DNA of 51,404 nt from Gammaproteobacteria bacterium (GTDB taxonomy: Bacteria; Pseudomonadota; Gammaproteobacteria; Eutrophobiales; Eutrophobiaceae), in contig JABHFC010000311.1 of NCBI GenBank assembly GCA_018676275.1, forward strand, positions 1 through 51,404. Direction: 5' to 3'. The translations under genes were made by a program, and so were the position numbers. How positions within the stretch are numbered: position 1 is the first letter of the stretch; each line of letters opens with the position of its first letter. Below, in pieces: positions 30,543 to 38,734 of the stretch. Under the pieces are notes generated by a model. That model saw nothing but the letters and a program-made list of their open reading frames with translations. It ran no database searches and was not told where the DNA came from.

Positions 30543-31688
30543 TTAGTGATTTATGTTGTCACTTATCTCAACGAAGGTTTCTGGATAAAAACCATTAAAG
30601 CGGGTAACACAGGCATTGCTATACGCACCCAACTGGCTTATTTCAATCCAGTCTCCTTCCCTGATATCGTCAGGCAATGAAAATGTATAGGGCAATACAT
30701 CCATAGAATCACAGGTTGGTCCGAAGATAGTGAAATCATCCATCTTTTCACTTATCGCTCCCTGCGGTCGGTGCAAGCGTACCGGGAAACGAAAACCAAC
30801 AGTATGTGCTTCGGAAAAACTGCCATAAATACCATCATTAATATACAGTCTATTTTCTTTTCTAAGCTGTACCTGAACAATGAGGGAACAGCCGTTTGCT
30901 ACCAGAGCACGACCTGGTTCGCACATCAGTTCACAATCGTCGGGCAGGTTCAGAGACTTTACGCCTTCTTCGATGATATCGAAGTAATCTTGTAAAGGAG
31001 GTATCTCAACTCCGTCATAACTTGCAGGGAAGCCACCACCGATATCCAGGTATTTGATATCAACCTGTGCGGTATCCAGAATTGTCTTTACGAAATGTAG
31101 CGCATCTTTAAAGGAAGCTACTGTGGTGCATTGAGAGCCCACGTGAAAGGCCAAACCTGTTTCCATGCCCTGATCCCGGATCGACTGTAGTAATGCAATC
31201 GCCTCCTCTGGAGTCGCGCCAAATTTTTCTGAAAGATTATAGCTGGCTCCAGAATCAGGTGTGGCGACACGTACGATAATGGTAGTTCCTGTTGTATCAA
31301 TCTGTCTTTGCAATTTGTACAGTTCATTGAAGTGATCTATTACATAATGTCTTACGTGATAGACGTCATGTGCACTGTCGATATGTGCCTGAGGTTTTAC
31401 CGGGTGCATGTAATAAAGTGCGGCATCAGGGAATAATTCACTTATTTGTGAAATTTCCTGAAGAGAGGCGACATCGAAATGACTAATACCTGCCTTGTAC
31501 AGCATCTTCAATACGGTCGGATGGGGATTACACTTAACTGCAAACATTGTTTTCCCGGGAAAGTCTTGAATAAACTGATCGGCGCTCTTTGCTATCAGGT
31601 CTGGGCGTAAACAATAAACAGGATAACTGGGTGTCATTTCAGTCAACATTTGGTTCACGGAGACGAATTTTCCACTTGAAGCTTCCAT
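30543..31688 (-). CDS. Type III PLP-dependent decarboxylase (ornithine/lysine/DAP decarboxylase family)
   Basis: 381 aa. FAVKCNPHP (PLP Lys), HVGSQ, DIGGGFP, GPTCDSMD (active-site Cys). The substrate cannot be assigned from sequence alone. Confidence 0.8.
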   Translation of the reverse strand: MEASSGKFVSVNQMLTEMTPSYPVYCLRPDLIAKSADQFIQDFPGKTMFAVKCNPHPTVLKMLYKAGISHFDVASLQEISQISELFPDAALYYMHPVKPQAHIDSAHDVYHVRHYVIDHFNELYKLQRQIDTTGTTIIVRVATPDSGASYNLSEKFGATPEEAIALLQSIRDQGMETGLAFHVGSQCTTVASFKDALHFVKTILDTAQVDIKYLDIGGGFPASYDGVEIPPLQDYFDIIEEGVKSLNLPDDCELMCEPGRALVANGCSLIVQVQLRKENRLYINDGIYGSFSEAHTVGFRFPVRLHRPQGAISEKMDDFTIFGPTCDSMDVLPYTFSLPDDIREGDWIEISQLGAYSNACVTRFNGFYPETFVEISDNINH

Positions 31689-31864
31689 AGTTTTAACCTG
31701 CCTGTATGTGTAAAAAATTAAAGCCGCTGGAATAGGCCTATATGTATCGACAAGAGATTATGGAGTTAAAGTCAGCCAGATTGAAGGTGTAACTTTGTTG
31801 ATTTATCAGGGATAATTAGTCAATATGACTAGTTATTAAGTTAAACTGACAAGGGGAGTGAACA

Positions 31865-32302
31865 ATGAAGCAACTCGGTGATAGCGATCAGCAACTCATC
31901 TCTCTTTTACAGGCAAATGCGCGCGAATCCGTCAGTAACCTGGCAAGAAAGTTGGGTGTCTCTCGAACTGCAATTCAGGAAAGGATGAACAAATTGCAGC
32001 GAAACGGTGTGATCGAAGGATATACGGTCAAATTAAACCCGGACTGGATGGCAGAGCAAATAAAGGCTTTTGTTTCCATGGAAGTTGAGCCAAAGCATTC
32101 TGCGAAAGTGATTGCAGCTTTACAAAAGATGACGCCGGTTCAGGCTCTGTGGTCAGTCAGTGGACGTATCGACGTGCTTATTCTCGTTCGCACTTCAACA
32201 ACTGCTGAAATTGATCGCCTGCTTGATGAGATTGGTGCAATTGATGGCATTACACGAACAGAGTCGTCAGTTGTTCTAACCTCCAGGGTTAACAGTTTTT
32301 AA
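31865..32302 (+). CDS. Lrp/AsnC-family transcriptional regulator, divergent from the decarboxylase
   Basis: 145 aa. LGDSDQQLISLLQANARESVSNLARKLGVSRTAIQERMNKLQRNGVI plus a RAM domain. A GGGGAG ribosome-binding site lies upstream. Confidence 0.85.
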   Translation: MKQLGDSDQQLISLLQANARESVSNLARKLGVSRTAIQERMNKLQRNGVIEGYTVKLNPDWMAEQIKAFVSMEVEPKHSAKVIAALQKMTPVQALWSVSGRIDVLILVRTSTTAEIDRLLDEIGAIDGITRTESSVVLTSRVNSF

Positions 32303-33176
32303 CTTCATTTTTCCTTTGTAATAAAAGACCGCCGACTATCATACTTAGGCCGACAACAGTAGTAGCGGCAATGGCTTCTCCAACAAAGAAGTGAATGAAG
32401 AACAGCGATAGGAACGGGGAGCAGTAAATTAAGGTACTGATTTTGGCAACTGAACTTGTGAGTTGCAGGGCACTTAGCCACAGAACATATGTAATTCCCA
32501 TTTCGAACAGACCAACATATACCCCACCCAGAATGCCATTATTGTTCCAGTTCGGTATATCCGAGAAGAGATAACAACTAAGCATAATGAAGGGAAGACT
32601 AAACAAAAAACTCAAAAACAGTCCAAGCATCGGGTCAACTTTATCCTTAGCTTTGTAAAGCCAATACAAGGCCCAGATGATGGTGCTGCCAATAGCAAGG
32701 CTTATCCCAAGCATGCTTAATTGACCTGTAGGGAATGAATCACCACCCATACAGATAACAACAATACCTGCATAACAAACCAGGGTTGCGGCTATGTCGT
32801 AAGATGTGACTTTATGTTTAAGGATAGGAATTGACAGAAACATCAGGGTAATAGCCCAGGTATAGTTCAATGATTGAGCAATCTGTGCCGGTAACAGGTC
32901 GTAAGCCTTGAACAATATCACGTAGTATAAAAACGGGTTCAATATCCCCAGAACAAGCAAACGGAAACAATCTTTCGGCTTAAGTTGACGTAAGAGAATA
33001 AGTTTATTTTGATAAACGAGGATCGATAACAAACATAAGGTCGCTGTCAGGCTTGATACCAGAAGTAGTTGCCAGATATCAATATAATTGAGAGAGAGCT
33101 TGAAAACAGATGCGACGGTAGACCAGAGAAATACCGCGCCGATTGCATAAATATAGGATTGGGTTTGTGTCTTCAC
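32289..33176 (-). CDS. DMT-superfamily (EamA-type) transporter
   Basis: 295 aa, 10 predicted helices, GTG start. The 3' end overlaps the convergent Lrp gene by 14 nt. Confidence 0.7.
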   Translation of the reverse strand: MKTQTQSYIYAIGAVFLWSTVASVFKLSLNYIDIWQLLLVSSLTATLCLLSILVYQNKLILLRQLKPKDCFRLLVLGILNPFLYYVILFKAYDLLPAQIAQSLNYTWAITLMFLSIPILKHKVTSYDIAATLVCYAGIVVICMGGDSFPTGQLSMLGISLAIGSTIIWALYWLYKAKDKVDPMLGLFLSFLFSLPFIMLSCYLFSDIPNWNNNGILGGVYVGLFEMGITYVLWLSALQLTSSVAKISTLIYCSPFLSLFFIHFFVGEAIAATTVVGLSMIVGGLLLQRKNEVKNC

Positions 33177-33217
33177 AGAAATCGCAGAATCATTTTTTGC
33201 GATTGTGATTTTGTATC

Positions 33218-33943
33218 CTACTTGGACAACCTTCGAACCAGCGATTTGAGGATTGTCAGACGTTCAATGCTTGAGGGATGCGAACCGCTGAAGCCTACCT
33301 GTCGTTTTGATATTTTATATAATTTTTCATGAACACGTACCGCACCGGCGGGATCATAGCCAGCTTCCAATGCCCAGATGGCACCCAGGTAATCTGATTC
33401 ACGTTCGTTATCGCGGGTATATTTGCTTGATGCCGCCGTAAATGTAGTTCTACTGGAATTTTCGATTGCCTTCTTTCTTTCTTTCATATGATCCAGCTTT
33501 AGGTGCGCAAGCTCATGCCCAATGATACCGGCAGCTGCATCTACATCCATACCTATTAGAGCTAACATGCCAAAGGTAAAACCAATTACATTTTGGTCAT
33601 CTTTTCCAACGGTGGCAAAGGCATTTGGTTCCTTGCCGTCCACCACAAATAATTCTGCATTAATTTCGGCTACTTCCTGAATCGCGACCATGGCAGAGTA
33701 AATCAGCAACAATTGTTTAGTTGCCATGGAGGCGATGACTCTGTCTCTTTTATCGCGTAATTGGACTACGTCGACTGGTGCTGAGGCAATATCTCTTATT
33801 CTCCAGGCCATTGGTTCTTCCGCTTTCGCTACACATGGTTGTAGAAAAAACAGGGAGAATAGAAGGAATATCGTGCTTATTTGAAATGTAGATTGGGAAT
33901 TCATTAACGTTCCATTATATGCAGATGTCATTTCAGACATCAT
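33218..33943 (-). CDS. M48-family zinc metalloprotease, secreted (last gene of the envelope operon)
   Basis: 241 aa with a signal peptide ending CVAKA. It has HELAHLKLDH (HExxH) and a downstream ERESDYLG. Its ATG overlaps the upstream stop (ATGA at 33940-33943). Confidence 0.75.
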   Translation of the reverse strand: MMSEMTSAYNGTLMNSQSTFQISTIFLLFSLFFLQPCVAKAEEPMAWRIRDIASAPVDVVQLRDKRDRVIASMATKQLLLIYSAMVAIQEVAEINAELFVVDGKEPNAFATVGKDDQNVIGFTFGMLALIGMDVDAAAGIIGHELAHLKLDHMKERKKAIENSSRTTFTAASSKYTRDNERESDYLGAIWALEAGYDPAGAVRVHEKLYKISKRQVGFSGSHPSSIERLTILKSLVRRLSK

Positions 33944-34599
33944 TGTAAAAAACTTTTGATTTGCTGAGCCATACTTTTACATGCACCGGCCTGTACTCTG
34001 GCCAGCAGGGGTACAGGAATAATAACAGCGGGTAAATAAGATGTACCCTGAGTTTCTGCACTTATCTTTCCAGCAAGTTGCAGGGTATTAAAATCCCAGA
34101 TACTCGCTTCATAGTTTGCCTCGTCATCCCAGGTGGCAAAGCCAAAACAACCTCCGCCACCAGGACCAACTGCACAGGATATTGATCCTTTCTTGTCAGT
34201 TGTTTCTGTAGAACCATCTATCCAGATAAAAAAGCGCAGGTTAAATTCTGCAAACTTCTGCGCAATAGCTGGGTTTTGTACAAGATGATCCAGGTTCTTT
34301 ACGTCCATAGGAGCAGTGCTGGTTTCAAAATACGGGTACATTGCATCAACAAAATCTTTTTCCGGGATAACGATAATAGATTTTTCACTACCGCCGCCAC
34401 CCAGGGCATTTCCAACGCAGGACACAAAATCAATTTCTGTTTCATGCCCACTGCTATGGCGTCGGCCCAGGACTACTACAGAATCACCGATTTCGATATT
34501 ACTTGTGGGACCCTGTCGGTATTCATCAATTCGCGTTGTACTTTTACAGCCTGTCAATATCAGGATTAAAAAAAGAATTGTGACAATGCGATTGTTCAT
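33940..34599 (-). CDS. Predicted lipoprotein, function unknown
   Basis: MNNRIVTILFLILILTGC gives the lipobox L-T-G-C. It has Gly-rich segments (ALGGGGSE, GPGGGGCFGF). The start is uncertain: ATG at 34599, or TTG at 34623 as in the track. Confidence 0.6.
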   Translation of the reverse strand: MNNRIVTILFLILILTGCKSTTRIDEYRQGPTSNIEIGDSVVVLGRRHSSGHETEIDFVSCVGNALGGGGSEKSIIVIPEKDFVDAMYPYFETSTAPMDVKNLDHLVQNPAIAQKFAEFNLRFFIWIDGSTETTDKKGSISCAVGPGGGGCFGFATWDDEANYEASIWDFNTLQLAGKISAETQGTSYLPAVIIPVPLLARVQAGACKSMAQQIKSFLQ

Positions 34600-34619
34600 T
34601 TCAATCAACTGATTCTTAA

Positions 34620-35282
34620 TCAACAGATGTCAGCGTGAACGCTGTTACATACATCAGGATTATCTGCGAGCCATTGCCTGATAGGAGGTACTCGATTGAA
34701 ATTCAGTGCAAACTTGGCACCTGCATCCCTGAATGCAGAATTTATTGCGGCTTGCAGACCTTTGTCCCGACTTTTTAGAAACTCTGTTGAAGATTTACCA
34801 TAACCAGTGAGTGGCCAGTCAGCTACAAGTTCGCCTTTTGAATCCATAAGTTTAACACTGTATTTTACCCATACTTCGTACAGGTCGGATTTGGTTTCAT
34901 TAGGCAGGGCAAACTGCATTTCCGATATTTCGGGTGCCAGTAAGCCATCAAAACTATTGTTGGTATTGGCATTAATGCTATCGACATGGTCAATATTTTG
35001 AAACATGGATGGCAGTACCTGATCGAACAACTCAACCATTGAAGCGCCACTTTTGATAGCCCAGTTAGGTCGGTCTTCAGAGTTCTCTTCGTATATATAA
35101 TTGCGAAACTGTTCGTTATAGTAGACGGCCATATTAAGTGGAAGTTTTGACATAAGAGGAACAGGGACATCAGTTTCCGCTTCCATGGTCAGAGATTGAT
35201 TACAAGCTGAGAGCATAATTGAAAATGCGACAATAAAGATAAGCCGAGGCACTCTTGATAAATTTATGATTTGTAGTTTCAT
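34620..35282 (-). CDS. Predicted lipoprotein, function unknown
   Basis: MKLQIINLSRVPRLIFIVAFSIMLSAC gives a lipobox. I prefer the ATG at 35282 over the track's TTG at 35333. No recognisable catalytic motif. Confidence 0.6.
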   Translation of the reverse strand: MKLQIINLSRVPRLIFIVAFSIMLSACNQSLTMEAETDVPVPLMSKLPLNMAVYYNEQFRNYIYEENSEDRPNWAIKSGASMVELFDQVLPSMFQNIDHVDSINANTNNSFDGLLAPEISEMQFALPNETKSDLYEVWVKYSVKLMDSKGELVADWPLTGYGKSSTEFLKSRDKGLQAAINSAFRDAGAKFALNFNRVPPIRQWLADNPDVCNSVHADIC

Positions 35283-35334
35283 AGTTGACGACCCCAATTT
35301 ATATTTGCTTCTGCATAGTGTTAAATTAATCAAT

Positions 35335-36327
35335 CTAGTTCAGGGCAACAAATGTACCACCATTTTTATGTGTTAGCTCGCGCATTAGTGTTGCAAAGCG
35401 TCTACTGGTGATCTGGAAGTGTTGTGGCGCCGTTGGCGGAATCGGAAAACCCACAGCATGTATTCGGATTTTGGTTTTACCATCAGCATCTTTCGGGTTA
35501 ATACGATCAACCACCTTGATCACTTCTTTTACCGAGCCTTCACCGGCAAATTCGTCGCCAAAAATGTAAATGCTTATCTTTTTGTTTGGATCGTAGAAGC
35601 TACGAATCGCCTGTGTAATACCCTCAACGGGGCTACTGTTACTGAAGGTACGCCAGCTACGTAAAGTACTGATTATCGCTCTGCGTCTACCCGGTGTGTC
35701 CGGTACCCATTTTCGACGATATTGAGAAAACAAATATGAGCCCATGTCACTCATTATTTGTATACCTTTTACCTGTGGATAGACATCAAGTGTAGCTATC
35801 AGTTGATTAATCATTTTTTCCCAGTTGGCGTTGACCATACTCCCGGAGGTATCAATGATAAAAATAATATATTCACTGTCCACCGGGATACCACCAACCA
35901 GACTGGTATTAATATCACCTTTCTGAGCCAGTAGACGTTGCATTTCTTCAGTTAACGACTGCAGTGCCAGTTCCAGTTCACCTGTGATAATAGCCTCAAC
36001 AGAAGAGTCTTCTGTTACATCTTCATATCGGGTTTTCGTGTATTTAAGTTCGGATCGCAATCGCGCTACTTTTTCATCCCACACAGAAATCTGTTCATGT
36101 TTGGCATTCAGGTCTCTGTTTAGTATTTTTGTTTCGCCGCGAATTTCAAACAACTGTGTCTGTAACTCGCGAACAACTCCATTAAGGGATAAATCACTGG
36201 TTTCAAGAATCGTAATGTCACCGGGTCTGGCGATCATCAGAAGCAGGATGATCGCGCCAAATCCACATGTAATGACATCCAGGAATGACAGATTAAAGGC
36301 ATCATTTTCGCGATCTTTCTTGCTCAC
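35335..36327 (-). CDS. ExbD/TolR-like TM anchor + coiled coil + VWA domain protein (paralog 2)
   Basis: A GTG start at 36327 overlaps the upstream TGA (GTGA), with a GGAGGA ribosome-binding site 6 nt upstream. The N-terminus VSKKDRENDAFNLSFLDVITCGFGAIILLLMI has a basic tail, then a TM helix with an embedded Asp. A ~100-aa heptad-rich segment follows, then a VWA domain with MIDAS motif IIFIIDTSGSM. Confidence 0.75.
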   Translation of the reverse strand: MSKKDRENDAFNLSFLDVITCGFGAIILLLMIARPGDITILETSDLSLNGVVRELQTQLFEIRGETKILNRDLNAKHEQISVWDEKVARLRSELKYTKTRYEDVTEDSSVEAIITGELELALQSLTEEMQRLLAQKGDINTSLVGGIPVDSEYIIFIIDTSGSMVNANWEKMINQLIATLDVYPQVKGIQIMSDMGSYLFSQYRRKWVPDTPGRRRAIISTLRSWRTFSNSSPVEGITQAIRSFYDPNKKISIYIFGDEFAGEGSVKEVIKVVDRINPKDADGKTKIRIHAVGFPIPPTAPQHFQITSRRFATLMRELTHKNGGTFVALN

Positions 36328-37412
36328 GGCCAATCCTCCGAAGGACTCATAAAGGAACCATTTGTGATCCAGGATAATTGCCAAAACGCTTTGGCAGCAA
36401 GAGGATCACCTTCCATTGGAAACATAATTACATTCACTGGAACGCCTTTTGGCAGGGTTTTTAGTGCCCTCTCGAACAGATTTAGACGTTGTTTTCCGGA
36501 AATAGTTGCGCCACGAGTACTTTTTGAGCCTTTGGTCGGTAATCCGTCGGTAATCAGGTAAATATTGTCAGGCAGTGGGCGGAGCTGGCTTGCTGCTTTA
36601 AAGGCATTTTCCAGGTTAGTACCTTTTTCCGGGACAGTGTTTTTCATATTCTTGATGGCCCGATCCAACTGCACTTTATCACCTACCTTTAGCCATTGGC
36701 CTTTGCTTTCAGGAATAGCTGCCCTGGTCTCAGTATTGAAGGTGTAAAGTTGAAATTGACTGTTATTGGGAAACTTTGCGCTTAGCCAGCTTACGGTGTT
36801 CAATGCCCTAAGCCATTTCGGTGCAGTGCGTTTTCTCTCGTCACGCATATTGCGTCGTCTTATTACATTGACAATGGAGCTGTCCAGCATGCTACCTGAG
36901 GTATCGAGTAGCACCAGTATATTTCTACCACCCATCCTCAGCCCGGTGACATAAGCCCGATTACCATCGCCGGCATATTTACGTGAGTCCTCACCGGTTT
37001 TATTCAAATCTGCGATAAGTTGCTGTTTTTCAGTTTCCAGTCTTTTGATGTCAGATTTTATTTTATTTAGCTTGCCATCTTTTCCATCGAGTACAAGTTC
37101 ATTGGTGAGTCCTTCTGTCAGGGAAATTTCCTCCATGATACGTCGAGCCAGACCTTGAGCTGTTACCAGTTTTTCATCAATATCCGAGATAGTATTGCGT
37201 ATTATCACCAGACCTTTTTCGCCTTCAAGAACTTCTTCTTCCAGCAATACTACTTCCGAACTTAGATCTGAATTCACAATAGGTTGTGGAACATTTGTAT
37301 CGACATTATGTTTAATAATCAAAAACAGAAGAACAGCAGCGCCAAAACCGCAGGACATGATATCCAGAAAGGAAAGACTAAAGGCAGATAGTTTGCGTCG
37401 ACTGAAGGACAT
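36324..37412 (-). CDS. ExbD/TolR-like TM anchor + coiled coil + VWA domain protein (paralog 1)
   Basis: 362 aa. MSFSRRKLSAFSLSFLDIMSCGFGAAVLLFLI has the same F-x-L-S-F-L-D-[IV]-x-x-C-G-F-G-A motif as the next gene. A coiled coil follows, then a VWA domain with ILVLLDTSGSM, GTNL and ITDGLP, which form the MIDAS triad. Confidence 0.75.
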   Translation of the reverse strand: MSFSRRKLSAFSLSFLDIMSCGFGAAVLLFLIIKHNVDTNVPQPIVNSDLSSEVVLLEEEVLEGEKGLVIIRNTISDIDEKLVTAQGLARRIMEEISLTEGLTNELVLDGKDGKLNKIKSDIKRLETEKQQLIADLNKTGEDSRKYAGDGNRAYVTGLRMGGRNILVLLDTSGSMLDSSIVNVIRRRNMRDERKRTAPKWLRALNTVSWLSAKFPNNSQFQLYTFNTETRAAIPESKGQWLKVGDKVQLDRAIKNMKNTVPEKGTNLENAFKAASQLRPLPDNIYLITDGLPTKGSKSTRGATISGKQRLNLFERALKTLPKGVPVNVIMFPMEGDPLAAKAFWQLSWITNGSFMSPSEDWP

Positions 37413-37413
37413 T

Positions 37414-38730
37414 TTAATCGTCTACGTGGATAAAAACGTACTCCGTCTTTGAGCCTGTGAAACTGATGATATCACCTGCCTGTACTTCCTCTGTATGTTG
37501 AGTTTGCCGGCCGTTTACAAATACAGCGAGCTCTCCATTAGTTTGTAACTTTACTTTCCCTTTCTGCTGGCTTACACAACAATGACCGGTAGAAGCATCA
37601 TCTATGCTGATAAGACCTGAAGCTGACAAATACACAGGACCTTCATGTAAAGCAAAAGCATTATGGCCATGTAAAATATGTGTAATGTTTTGTCCGGTGG
37701 AGTTTACAGTCCCGGTGTTTTCCAGATTTTGTTTCGGAGTCTCTGTAATTACAGGACTGCTTGTTGCTGGCAGGCTGGTAACGTAATTTGACCCAGAACC
37801 AGCAGAACGAATACTTTCCGCGTGAATCATGCAGGTTTCAAAAATATTGCTGGCCGGCAATATTTGCGCTTCATTTAATGAGTTTGTAAAGCCTGGTAGT
37901 TGTCCTGTTTGATTACTTATAAGGCAGCTATCATTGGCGTCTATAGCATCGGCAATTTTGTTATACAAAGGTTGCAGAACGTGCAACAGAGATTCGCGGG
38001 ATAGTTTTGCCTGGTGCTGGGTTTGCTGATACTGAATTTCCAGTGACACTTCGGAAAGAGTTTGCAGCGAATTCAGACAGGTCGGGATCTGATCATACAA
38101 GGCCTGCTCCGTCTCCGGATGATGCTGAGGATCAAAACGTGATTCTTTAATAAACAGATCGGCAATCAGGTGTGCGGTAGTGTCGTATATGGATGCCAGC
38201 CCGGCACCATCTATGGGGTGTACTGCGCCACGAACCACCTGATCAGTGACGCTAATTCTGGTTAATATCGTTTGATGTAAATGTGTATCAATATAAACGT
38301 AGTTTCCTTTCCCTGCAGTTGGCGCGACTGCAGCAATCGCAGAATCGACAAGCCCTACTATTGTTAAGGGACTTGCTTCAACAAGACCGAGCAAAAGGGC
38401 AAGTTGATCATTGCTGTAGGAGCCGGGTACAGCAATTATGACTTCTTCAGGTTTTCCTGCCTGATCATAGATTGCGAGTAGTTGAGCAAACGCGAGATCA
38501 GCATTATGTCGCGCATGAGTGCCCGGATATTGCAGCGGTTCCTGATTCAGATTTTTCCAGTACTTGTTATGTACAGCTCGAGGTTGAAGACGAGCCTGTC
38601 TGGCAGCAACTGAGCCTAACTCAATTTTATCTTTATCGATAAAAGCGTAACCGGGACTGCGTAAAACAACCTCCTTACCCTTTCCTACGCGGATTTCAAC
38701 ATCGTTCAGTTCAATAACACTGATTGTCAT
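37414..38730 (-). CDS. Cytoplasmic degenerate Hsp70/actin-fold (ASKHA)-like protein with an FHA-like C-terminal domain
   Basis: 438 aa with no TM helix. It is collinear with the DnaK nucleotide-binding domain but lacks the phosphate-binding signatures. VIELNDVEIRV sits in place of GIDLGTTNS. AVPGSYSNDQLALLLGLVEASPLTIVGLVDSAIAAV resembles TVPAYFNDAQRQAT..AG..V.RIINEPTAAA. YVYIDTHLHQTILTRISV sits in place of DLGGGTFDVS. The tail VSQQKGKVKLQTNGELAVFVNGRQ...VQAGDIISFTG is FHA-like but lacks the canonical SxxH. Confidence 0.5.
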   Translation of the reverse strand: MTISVIELNDVEIRVGKGKEVVLRSPGYAFIDKDKIELGSVAARQARLQPRAVHNKYWKNLNQEPLQYPGTHARHNADLAFAQLLAIYDQAGKPEEVIIAVPGSYSNDQLALLLGLVEASPLTIVGLVDSAIAAVAPTAGKGNYVYIDTHLHQTILTRISVTDQVVRGAVHPIDGAGLASIYDTTAHLIADLFIKESRFDPQHHPETEQALYDQIPTCLNSLQTLSEVSLEIQYQQTQHQAKLSRESLLHVLQPLYNKIADAIDANDSCLISNQTGQLPGFTNSLNEAQILPASNIFETCMIHAESIRSAGSGSNYVTSLPATSSPVITETPKQNLENTGTVNSTGQNITHILHGHNAFALHEGPVYLSASGLISIDDASTGHCCVSQQKGKVKLQTNGELAVFVNGRQTQHTEEVQAGDIISFTGSKTEYVFIHVDD

Positions 38731-38734
38731 TTTC

